DNA of 64,000 bases, from the NCBI RefSeq assembly GCF_047719395.1, contig NZ_JBDNTB010000005.1, forward strand, positions 1,431 through 65,430, given 5' to 3'. Under the pieces are notes generated by a model. That model made no database searches. It was not told the origin of the DNA and saw only the letters and a program-made list of their open reading frames with translations. Source of the stretch: Propionibacterium sp. (GTDB lineage: Bacteria > Actinomycetota > Actinomycetes > Propionibacteriales > Propionibacteriaceae). This document shows positions 55,502 to 64,000 of this stretch, piece after piece; the first letter of the stretch is position 1, and each line of letters opens with the position of its first letter. The position numbers and the translations under genes were made by a program.

Positions 55502-56128
55502 ATGGACAACACCGTGGTTGGAATCCTGTCCCTGCTCGTGGGCATCATCCTGGTGATGCGCGGATACCCAGCGATGAGAATCGCCATCAGTGCGCTGGGC
55601 GCACTCATCGGCTTCTCGATAGGTGCCGGCATGGTGTCAGAGCTGACGCAGACCGAATTCCTCGCCGGCCCCGGTGGCTGGATCGGTGGGATCATCGGTT
55701 GCCTCCTGCTGGGCGCGCTGGCTTTCACCTTCTACCGAGTAGGTATCGCCCTCGGCCTGGCTGGCACCGGCTATGCCATGGGCACCCTGCTGATGACCGC
55801 CCTGCGGGTGGATCAGCAATGGGCAGTGATCGCTGTCGGATGCCTGGGCGCCCTGGTGATGCTCGTCCTGGCCATTGCCCTGGATCTTCCCGGCCTGATC
55901 ATCATCATTGCGACCTCGCTGGCCGGCGCGGATCTGATCGTCTTCGCCGTGCGGGTGCTGACCGGAAATCTTGTCGTCGAGGGGCTGACTCCTGCGAGTT
56001 CTTCGCTACGTCTGGTGAGCTGGTGGTGGATTCTTGGGATTGGTCTTGGTCTGGTCGGCATCGTCGTCCAATCGCGATATCTCAGGCTGGGTGCCAGGTC
56101 GTCAGCGCGGAGCCAGTGGAGCCGCTGA
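55502..56128 (+). CDS. Multi-pass membrane protein of unknown function
   Basis: AGGAG lies 7 nt upstream of ATG 55502. Six Gly/Ala/Leu-rich hydrophobic segments. Confidence 0.65.
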   Translation: MDNTVVGILSLLVGIILVMRGYPAMRIAISALGALIGFSIGAGMVSELTQTEFLAGPGGWIGGIIGCLLLGALAFTFYRVGIALGLAGTGYAMGTLLMTALRVDQQWAVIAVGCLGALVMLVLAIALDLPGLIIIIATSLAGADLIVFAVRVLTGNLVVEGLTPASSSLRLVSWWWILGIGLGLVGIVVQSRYLRLGARSSARSQWSR

Positions 56129-56177
56129 CCACCCCGCGGGAACCGAGCCGTGGGCGCGTGAGGAGGAGAATGAGCGC

Positions 56178-57392
56178 ATGCTGTACGCCACGCACCTGAC
56201 CATCGATCTCGATGCGGTCCGGCACAATGCCAGGGTCATCAGGGCCAAGGCCGGGGACCGTCTGCTGCTCGCCGCCGTCAAGGCCGACGGATATGGCCAC
56301 GGTGCAGTCGAGATAAGTCGGCTCCTCGAACGCGAACAGCTGGTGGACTGGCTGGGCGTGGCCACGGTGCCCGAGGCCATCGCATTGCGCGAGGCCGGCA
56401 TCGGCCTGCCCATCCTCAAGCTCTCCCATGCTTTCGCTGAGGAGATCCCGGCAGCACTCGACGCAGAACTCACGCTGACCGTGGTCGATGACGAATCGCT
56501 GGGCGAAGTCGCGGCGGCGGCTCGAGCCAGGGTGAGGCCGACAAGAGTGCACATGGCCATCGACACCGGCATGCGAAGGATCGGCTGCGAACCGGAACGA
56601 GCAGTCGAGCTGGCCCGGCAGGTGACGGATTCGGGACTGGAACTGGAGGGCATCTCCACCCATCTGCCCGTCTCGGACACCCCGCAGGGGAAGGACTTCA
56701 CCGTCGCCCAGATCGCAGAATTCATGGCTGCGGTCGCGCGCGTCCAGTCCGACAGGACATCTCACGGCCTCGCCCCGGTGCCGCTGGTGCACGGCGCGGC
56801 CTCCGCCGGAGCGATGTGGCATGACATTTCAGGCATGACGATGGTGCGTCCTGGCATCATCCTCTACGGCCTGTACCCCGATCCGGCGACACCGCGCACC
56901 GTTGCGCTGCGCCCGGCCCTGACCATGCGCTCCCGGGTGAGCCTGGTCAAGCACGTCCGGGCGCACGAGACCGTGGGTTATGGGCGCTCCTGGGAGGCGC
57001 CGACCGACCGCTGGATCGGCACAGTGCCGGTGGGCTATGCGGACGGGTTCAACCGGCTGAACTCCAATCGGGGCAGGATGCTCGTCAACGGCCGCAGCTT
57101 CCCGGTGGCCGGCCGGGTGTGCATGGACCAGACCATGCTCGATCTCGGCGAATCCGATGACCACGGCGTGCATCGCGGGGACGAGGTGGTCGTGATCGGG
57201 AGCAGTGGGGCGGAATCGATCGACTGCGATGAGCTGGCCCGGCTGGCAGGCACCATCAACTACGAGGTGACCACAGTCATCCCGCCCCGGGTGCGGCGGT
57301 ATTACATGAATGGTGCGGGTGACGCAGGCACATCTTCTTCGGGGTCGGGCAGCACCGGCGTCGAAGATTCCGGGAACAGCAGCGCTTCATAG
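56178..57392 (+). CDS. alr: Alanine racemase
   Basis: PLP-lysine context LAAVKADGYGHG. C-terminal block VGYADG...GRVCMDQ. AGGAGGAG SD. Confidence 0.9.
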   Translation: MLYATHLTIDLDAVRHNARVIRAKAGDRLLLAAVKADGYGHGAVEISRLLEREQLVDWLGVATVPEAIALREAGIGLPILKLSHAFAEEIPAALDAELTLTVVDDESLGEVAAAARARVRPTRVHMAIDTGMRRIGCEPERAVELARQVTDSGLELEGISTHLPVSDTPQGKDFTVAQIAEFMAAVARVQSDRTSHGLAPVPLVHGAASAGAMWHDISGMTMVRPGIILYGLYPDPATPRTVALRPALTMRSRVSLVKHVRAHETVGYGRSWEAPTDRWIGTVPVGYADGFNRLNSNRGRMLVNGRSFPVAGRVCMDQTMLDLGESDDHGVHRGDEVVVIGSSGAESIDCDELARLAGTINYEVTTVIPPRVRRYYMNGAGDAGTSSSGSGSTGVEDSGNSSAS

Positions 57393-57502
57393 TCGCTGGC
57401 CGGACGGGGGCGTGCCCATCTGATGGGCGCGCCGGAATTCCGGAGCCGGCACCTCAGGTTTCGGTGCTTCCGAAGGTTCCAGCGAATCAGAACCGGGTTG
57501 GT

Positions 57503-58222
57503 TCAGGCCTCGGGACCGTGTGGCCGTCCCGTCCGGCGTCGCACGATGAACTCATGCTTGGCGTACTCGGCGACCGCCCACGTGGCCCAGCCGTCGGCCG
57601 CCAGCCCCACACCCCCGCCCAAAATCGGGATGCGCTTGCCGATGAGGGCCACCGTCTGCTTGCCACTGGTGCGGGCGGCCAGGGTGCGGAGCACCTGCTC
57701 GGCGATCTGCTGTTCCAGACGCGGATCTGAGACCGGCGCCGTGGCCACCCCCATCGGTGAACTCGGCAGTTTGCCCTTCCCGACCAGCTCCTCGACGCCC
57801 CGCCGCCCGAGCAGAACCATCCAGATCGCCTCACGGACGCGGGGATCGTCCAGGTTGTAACCCCTCAGATGCGCGATGGAGGCCACCAGCCGGGTCTGCA
57901 CCACCGCGACACCTGCGAGGTTCGCAGGGACCGCGACGACCGTGCTGACCAGCCCGCCGAGGTTCGTGACGAAGCCCTGCGCCCCGGCCATCGCCGTATG
58001 AGACATCACCAGTGCGTTGATCGCAGCCTCGACATCGCCGGTCTTGTGCTCCAGGGCGTGTCCCGCAGAATGGCGCGCCCCTGGCAGCAGGGACACCCCG
58101 TCGATGGCGAGGTCGGCCAGCTTGCGCAGCACCTGGGCTGAGGGCCCGGGGGCAATGGCGGGGGCAATGGAGACCACTGCACTTCCGATGGTGCCGATCG
58201 CCGGCTTTTTGAAGACGGGCAT
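57503..58222 (-). CDS. EcsC-family protein
   Basis: 239 aa from ATG 58222. The pattern TAMAGAQGFVTNLGGL...LAGVAVVQTRLVASIAHLRGYNLDD is as in EcsC-like proteins (remembered resemblance). Confidence 0.55.
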   Translation of the reverse strand: MPVFKKPAIGTIGSAVVSIAPAIAPGPSAQVLRKLADLAIDGVSLLPGARHSAGHALEHKTGDVEAAINALVMSHTAMAGAQGFVTNLGGLVSTVVAVPANLAGVAVVQTRLVASIAHLRGYNLDDPRVREAIWMVLLGRRGVEELVGKGKLPSSPMGVATAPVSDPRLEQQIAEQVLRTLAARTSGKQTVALIGKRIPILGGGVGLAADGWATWAVAEYAKHEFIVRRRTGRPHGPEA

Positions 58223-58450
58223 GGGAGACCTCCTGAATATGGTTTCCACGGTAGTCGTCGAGGGTGCCTGCGCCGCGTGACCGACCCCCCGGCCATGCCC
58301 TGAAGCACTTGGCCGCCATGTGAAATCCCTGTGCGAAACGGGCTGAGGCGCCACAATGAGCACCGAATGCAGTGGGATTGTGTCCACAAGCCGAGGACAC
58401 GGTCCGCGGGAAGGTAGGCAGCCATGGGGCTGCAGTGAGGTGGCTCGCAC

Positions 58451-59737
58451 ATGGCTGACATCGCAAGGTTGCAGGTTGACGGCAAGGTCTACGAGTTCCC
58501 AGTGGTGGTGGGGACCAACGGTGACCGGTCCATCGACATCAGCTCATTGCGACGAGATTCCGGCCTGGTCACCCTGGATGTCGGCTACATGAACACGGCA
58601 TCGTGCAAGTCGGCGATCACCTACATCGATGGCGAGAAGGGCATCCTGGCCTACCGGGGCATTCCCATCGAGGTGCTTGCCGAGCACTCGGATTTCATCG
58701 ACACCGCTTTCCTCCTCATCTTCGGGCACCTGCCCGATGTGGGGGAGCGTGAGAATTTCAGCGGGATGCTCGCCGCGAACGCGGCCCTGCACACGCACAT
58801 GCGGAATCACTACGAGGCCTTCCCCGAGCGCGCCCACCCGATGGCGATCCTCTCGGCCATGATCAACGCGTTGTCGGCGCATGATCGCCCGCGCATCGAA
58901 CCCAATGACGACGTCACCTTCGAGAAATACGCCGCCAACCTGATGAGCAAGGTGCGCACCATCGCCGCTGGCTCCTACAAGACCTCGATCGGCCAGCCCC
59001 TCATCTATCCGCGTACCGACCTTCTGTATGCCGAGAACTTCCTGCACATGATGTTCTCGCTGCCGTACCACAAGTTCGAGCTCAGGCCCGAGATGGTGAA
59101 GGCACTCGACTTGTTCTGGCTGCTGCACGCAGACCACGAGCAGAACTGCTCCACCTCGACGGTGCGGATGGTCGCCTCCGGCGAGGCGAATCTGTACGGG
59201 GCATGCTCGGCCGGTGTCGTGGCACTGTGGGGTTCGCGCCACGGTGGTGCGAATACCGGCGTGGTGCAGATGCTGCAGCACATGCGCCGGGAGAACATCT
59301 CCCCAGAGTCCTTCGTGAAAATGGTCAAGGACCGCAAGACACCGGTCAAGCTGATGGGCTTCGGGCACCGCGTGTACAAGAACGTCGACCCGCGGGCGCG
59401 CATCCTGAAGAAGGCGGCCGAAGACCTGCTCGAAGTCATGCACATCGACGATCCGTTGCTCGATCTGGCTCACCAGCTGGCGGATGTGGCGCTGGCGGAC
59501 GACTACTTCGTCCAACGGCGGCTGTACCCGAATGTGGACTTCTACTCAGGCATCATTCTGCGGGCGTTGGGTATCCCGCTCAACATGTTCACCGTGATGT
59601 TCGCGATCGGGCGGATGCCTGGCTGGATCGCCAATTGGCGCGAGATCCACAACGATCCTCAGGGGAAGATCTACCGTCCCCGCCAGATCTACATCGGCCC
59701 CGTGGACGTTGCCTGGCAGGACCAGGAAGCCCGCTGA
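58451..59737 (+). CDS. gltA: Citrate synthase (type II)
   Basis: 428 aa with GFGHRVYK, LLHADHEQN and MPGWIANW blocks. Confidence 0.9.
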   Translation: MADIARLQVDGKVYEFPVVVGTNGDRSIDISSLRRDSGLVTLDVGYMNTASCKSAITYIDGEKGILAYRGIPIEVLAEHSDFIDTAFLLIFGHLPDVGERENFSGMLAANAALHTHMRNHYEAFPERAHPMAILSAMINALSAHDRPRIEPNDDVTFEKYAANLMSKVRTIAAGSYKTSIGQPLIYPRTDLLYAENFLHMMFSLPYHKFELRPEMVKALDLFWLLHADHEQNCSTSTVRMVASGEANLYGACSAGVVALWGSRHGGANTGVVQMLQHMRRENISPESFVKMVKDRKTPVKLMGFGHRVYKNVDPRARILKKAAEDLLEVMHIDDPLLDLAHQLADVALADDYFVQRRLYPNVDFYSGIILRALGIPLNMFTVMFAIGRMPGWIANWREIHNDPQGKIYRPRQIYIGPVDVAWQDQEAR

Positions 59738-59785
59738 GACATCCGCCAGGCCCCTCGGGCGCTGCAGGTGGAACGCCGATCCTGA

Positions 59786-60628
<843 letters not shown>

Positions 60629-60655
60629 GACAACTGAGTTCTCCGGCTCACCATT

Positions 60656-60684
60656 GAGGCCCCGCGGCAATGCCCCGGGGCCTC
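60656..60684 (+). terminator. rpf terminator hairpin
   Basis: gaggccccg / cggggcctc, a perfect 9-bp stem, 28 nt after the stop. No clear U-tract. Confidence 0.5.
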
Positions 60685-60724
60685 TGTCATGCCCGGGCAG
60701 CCTTCCATCAGGTCGCACCTGGTT

Positions 60725-60900
60725 CCAGCGGTTGGGGTGTGCATACGCTCTGCGGCTGAAATGCCCTTTACGCCGCTGCCGTGTTTCCTCGCACCACCGC
60801 AATCGGTGAATCGGTGTTCTTCACGATCAAGACCCGGGCGGCTGCGCGCAAGCAGCGTAGGACGCCTTGCAGCTGCGGAGGGCACATCCGTTCCCCGGGC
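60725..60900 (+). other. Conserved non-coding element, copy 2 (sub-motif A at 60725-60800, then sub-motif B at 60855-60900)
   Basis: Same two sub-motifs as 41611-41766 but in the opposite order. It ends 30 nt upstream of the aat ATG. Confidence 0.6.
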
Positions 60901-60929
60901 GGGGTCGACGGCGGTGACAGACTGGGGTC

Positions 60930-61736
60930 ATGCTCGCCCATGCGTTCGGCCCAGTTGATGCGTGGCCGGACCAGGACCTCGTGGGGTTCAGCAACGATCT
61001 GGACGTCGACATCACCATGGCCGCCTACTCCTCGGGGCTGTTCCCGATGCCGCTGCATGAGTCGGGTTTCGGGGGCATGTGCTGGTGGTCGCCGATGAAC
61101 CGGGGCGTGATCGAGCTGTCCGCGCTGCGAGTTCATCGCAGTCTGCGCAAGATGGCGAAGCATTACACCACCACTGTGGACACGGCCTTCGACCGAGTCA
61201 TCCTCGCGTGCGCGGATCCGCATCGTCCTGGCGGCTGGATCGACGACGAGATCACCCGGGTGTACACCGAGCTGTTCGGCCGGGGCATCGTGCACAGCGT
61301 CGAGACCTGGGACCCCGAGGGCAGGCTGGTCGGCGGGCTCTATGGAGTCTCGATGGGTGGCCTGTTCGCCGGGGAATCGATGTTCCATGATCCTGAGGCC
61401 GGACGGGATGCCTCCAAGGTGGCCTTGGTGCGGCTGGCCGGCATCCTGGGTGCAAGCACAGGAACTGGGCTGACGAGTGAGGTCATGGCCCCGGCCACAC
61501 CGGCAGGCTCCCTGGTGGGGGCTCAACTTTCCGGACCAGGCGGTGCCGGTGCGCTGCTCGACGTGCAGTGGCTCACGCCACACCTGGCGACGATGGGCGC
61601 CGTCGAGATTCCCCGGCGGCGCTATCTGCACCTGCTGGGCGCTGCCTTGGATCGTCCTGGTGCGGTGTGGCCGACGGCCGACGACTCCCGGCGCCGGGGT
61701 TACGGTGTGTTGCCGGAGGGCATCGGCCATGGCTGA
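60930..61736 (+). CDS. aat: Leucyl/phenylalanyl-tRNA--protein transferase
   Basis: AYSSGLFPM...WWSP...LVGGLYGVSMGGLFAGESMF...VEIPRRRYL. Contains a Gly/Ala-rich insertion before LLDVQW. Confidence 0.85.
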   Translation: MLAHAFGPVDAWPDQDLVGFSNDLDVDITMAAYSSGLFPMPLHESGFGGMCWWSPMNRGVIELSALRVHRSLRKMAKHYTTTVDTAFDRVILACADPHRPGGWIDDEITRVYTELFGRGIVHSVETWDPEGRLVGGLYGVSMGGLFAGESMFHDPEAGRDASKVALVRLAGILGASTGTGLTSEVMAPATPAGSLVGAQLSGPGGAGALLDVQWLTPHLATMGAVEIPRRRYLHLLGAALDRPGAVWPTADDSRRRGYGVLPEGIGHG

Positions 61737-61840
61737 GCGGCTGACGAGCTGGCGCGGGCCATTCGCCGAGGTTCGCAATGTGGCCGAAAGCCCGGTCGGC
61801 CCCGAATTCCATGCCCTGATCTCCTGGGGAGGCGGCGATC

Positions 61841-62704
61841 ATGCCTGAGTTGCCGCAGGTGGAGGCCCTGGTGCGGTTGCTGCGCGGCGACCTCGTGGGG
61901 CATGTCATCACGCGGGTGGAAGTGGGTTCCCCCAGCGTCCTCAAGACCTTCGCGTACCCGCCCGAGCGGCTTGTGGGCCAGGAAATCACCGCAGTGACGC
62001 GGCACGGAAAATTCCTCGACATCGGGGCGCCGCCGCTGCACTCGGTATTCCACCTGGCGCGGGCGGGCTGGCTGGTCTGGCACGATGACCTGCCGGAGCG
62101 GAAAGCAGGGCCGGGCAGGGGACGCATTGCCTTGCGCATCGGGCTCGACAGTGGTGCGGGTTTCGACCTCACCGAGGCCGGCACAAAACATCGTCTGGCG
62201 GTGTACATCGTCGTTGATCCCTGCGAGGTACCAGCCATCCAGGGGCTCGGCATCGATCCACTGACCCCAGAATTCACGGTCAACGCGTTGCAAGAACTGC
62301 TGTCAGCAGCGGGACGCACGCGACTGAAGGGTTTGCTGCGCGACCAGCGGGTCATTGCCGGGATCGGCAATGCCTACAGCGACGAGATCCTGCACGACGC
62401 GCGGCTGAGCCCCTTCAAGCCCTGTTCGGCACTCAGCCCAGAGGAGGTGAAGCGCCTGTACACGGCCATCGTCGGTGGTCTGAAGGATGCTCTCGACCAC
62501 ACCCAGGAACTCACCGCAGCCCAGCTCAAGGCCGACAAGCGCACTCGCCTGCGCATCCACGGCCGCACGGGCGAGCCATGCCCCGATTGCGGCATGGCCA
62601 TCGCCGAAGTGAGCTTCGCCGACTCTTCGCTGCAGTATTGCCCGCACTGCCAGACCGGTGGCAAGGTGCTGGCGGACAGAAGGATGAGTCGGCTGCTCAA
62701 GTGA
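61841..62704 (+). CDS. Fpg/Nei-family DNA glycosylase/AP lyase
   Basis: N-terminal MPELPQVE, H2TH region, and C-terminal zinc finger CPDCG...CPHCQ. Confidence 0.85.
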   Translation: MPELPQVEALVRLLRGDLVGHVITRVEVGSPSVLKTFAYPPERLVGQEITAVTRHGKFLDIGAPPLHSVFHLARAGWLVWHDDLPERKAGPGRGRIALRIGLDSGAGFDLTEAGTKHRLAVYIVVDPCEVPAIQGLGIDPLTPEFTVNALQELLSAAGRTRLKGLLRDQRVIAGIGNAYSDEILHDARLSPFKPCSALSPEEVKRLYTAIVGGLKDALDHTQELTAAQLKADKRTRLRIHGRTGEPCPDCGMAIAEVSFADSSLQYCPHCQTGGKVLADRRMSRLLK

Positions 62705-63018
62705 GCCGAGGAGATGCGGAAGATCGTGGCAGTGCCCCGGTTCGCACCCGGGGTGGCTCAGCTCCGTTGGCCGGACGGCGTGGGCGCAGAAGGGCCGAGG
62801 GACCTCGTCGGGACTCGACTCGGTTGTCCTGCACGCGAGGGAGCCCCATCACGCGGCAGCGCTCATTCCATCCCAGGACGACTGAGAACGGCACTGACAT
62901 GCCGGGCACCCCGTAAAAGGGTCGCCCGTGACGTCAGGCCCGATCGTGTGGTCCAGTCTGTCGCATTGCCCCCTTGCCGATGCGGCATCCGACCGGCTGG
63001 CCCAATAGGCTCGTAGTC

Positions 63019-64000
63019 ATGCTCGGCTACTTCGGCCCGGAGGGCACCTTCACCCACCAGGCACTGCTCACCGTCAGCGATGCTCCCGCCAGGCCATTTC
63101 TCACAGTGGCGGCCGCCCTCGATGCCGTGCGTGATCGCGAGGTCGAAGCGTCCATGGTGCCCATCGAGAACTCGGTGGAGGGCGGCGTCTCGGCATCCCT
63201 GGACAACCTCGGCGATCCTGAGCGTTCGCCGCTTCGCATCATCCAGGAGGCTCTCGTCGACGTCCGTTTCGATCTGTGCGTGCGACCCGGAACTGCGTTG
63301 GACCAGGTGAACAAGGTCATCACCCATCCGCATGCCGCCGCGCAGGTGCGCGAATGGCTGGCCGTGCACCTTCCCGACGCCCACATCGTGGAGCGAGGGT
63401 CCACGGCCGCAGCCGCCAAGACTGTGTCGGATCCCGACTCGGGATACGACGCGGCGGTCTGCGCGTCCATCGCGGGGGAATTGTACGGACTGGTCTCGCT
63501 GGAGCATGACATCGCCGACAACGACTCCGCCGTGACCCGTTTCGTGCTCGCCGCACGACCAGGATGGATGCCTGCCCGCACAGGTGCCGACAAGACCACG
63601 CTGGTGGCCTACATGCGCCACGACGAACCCGGTGCTCTGCTGGCCATCCTCCAGCAGTTCGCCGTGCGAGGGGTGAACCTGTGCCGCATCGAGTCCAGAC
63701 CCACCCGCACCACGCTGGGCAGTTACTGTTTCAGCATCGATGCCGAGGGCCACTTGGAAGACGACAGGATTGCCGAAACCCTCATGGGGCTGAAGCGCAT
63801 CTGCAAGGACGTGGTCTTCCTGGGCAGCTATCCGCGCGCCGACCGTCAGCGCCCGACGCTGCGATATGGAGGCAAGAACGCCGACTACCGGTCTGCGGCA
63901 GAATGGCTGTCAGGGCTGGGCGGCAACATGACGAGCAATGCACCTGGATCGACCTCGGCCTCGAAGAAACGGCCCTCGCCCACCGTGTCGCCGTCCAACT
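63019..64000 (+). CDS. pheA: Prephenate dehydratase (PDT + ACT), open at the right edge
   Basis: MLGYFGPEGTFTHQA...ENSVEGGV...TRFVL...IESRPT. There is no in-frame stop before position 64000, so it is absent from the ORF track. Confidence 0.85.
   Translation, partial: MLGYFGPEGTFTHQALLTVSDAPARPFLTVAAALDAVRDREVEASMVPIENSVEGGVSASLDNLGDPERSPLRIIQEALVDVRFDLCVRPGTALDQVNKVITHPHAAAQVREWLAVHLPDAHIVERGSTAAAAKTVSDPDSGYDAAVCASIAGELYGLVSLEHDIADNDSAVTRFVLAARPGWMPARTGADKTTLVAYMRHDEPGALLAILQQFAVRGVNLCRIESRPTRTTLGSYCFSIDAEGHLEDDRIAETLMGLKRICKDVVFLGSYPRADRQRPTLRYGGKNADYRSAAEWLSGLGGNMTSNAPGSTSASKKRPSPTVSPSN

Noticed and set aside
60725-60800. TPP riboswitch-like strings in sub-motif A (ggggtgtgc ... gctgaaat ... 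ccctttac)
   Set aside because: The invariant CUGAGA and ACCUGAUCUGGAUAAUGCCAGCG-type elements are absent, and the downstream genes are unrelated to thiamine.
63900-64000. Apparent C-terminal extension of pheA (…GKNADYRSAAEWLSGLGGNMTSNAPGSTSASKKRPSPTVSPSN) beyond the ACT domain
   Set aside because: The window ends before any stop codon. I cannot tell whether this is a real tail, a fusion or simply the approach to the stop.

Overview
This is a high-G+C actinobacterial chromosome segment. The assignment rests on an Rpf-type resuscitation-promoting factor, high-GC codon usage and many overlapping stop/start junctions. I cannot assign a genus from sequence alone. Most of the window is ordinary housekeeping or accessory metabolism:
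- an APS-type sulfate assimilation regulon: sir-cysH-cysD-cysN, divergent from sbp-cysTWA
- pntAB transhydrogenase, malQ, modABC, rpiB
- ornithine carbamoyltransferase, alanine racemase, citrate synthase, aat, an Fpg/Nei glycosylase, pheA
- an OmpR/HK two-component operon

Five regions stand out:
1. 14.7-23.4 kb: an 8.5-kb visibly lower-G+C island bracketed by 73-bp direct repeats (67/73 identical). The repeats duplicate the SD, the ATG and the first 7 codons of a nadB-like gene. The island carries a PelF-like glycosyltransferase, a polytopic membrane protein, a cytoplasmic hypothetical protein and two tandem paralogous DUF4832-type glycoside-hydrolase-like proteins. I see no recombinase, PelD/PelE or deacetylase.
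2. 0.5-7.0 kb: a lower-G+C catabolic operon with a two-component HpaB-type monooxygenase, a cupin, a hypothetical protein and an MFS transporter. It also encodes an unusual single-ORF fusion of a GntR/FCD regulator to a nitrilase-superfamily amidase. Perfect GT-N2-AC palindromes sit upstream.
3. A conserved non-coding element of about 70 nt plus about 46 nt occurs twice on the + strand. One copy lies upstream of the Memo/AMMECR1/radical-SAM (AmmeMemoRadiSam) operon and one upstream of aat. The two sub-motifs are in swapped order.
4. A 1498-aa double-activase/2-hydroxyacyl-CoA-dehydratase-like fusion protein.
5. An AT-rich rpf leader with a perfect 15-bp hairpin abutting the start codon.

I found no rRNA, tRNA, CRISPR array, transposase or integrase. 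Start codons were chosen by eye from SD sequences, overlaps and family N-termini. Family calls rest on motifs I could read in the translations, not on database searches.
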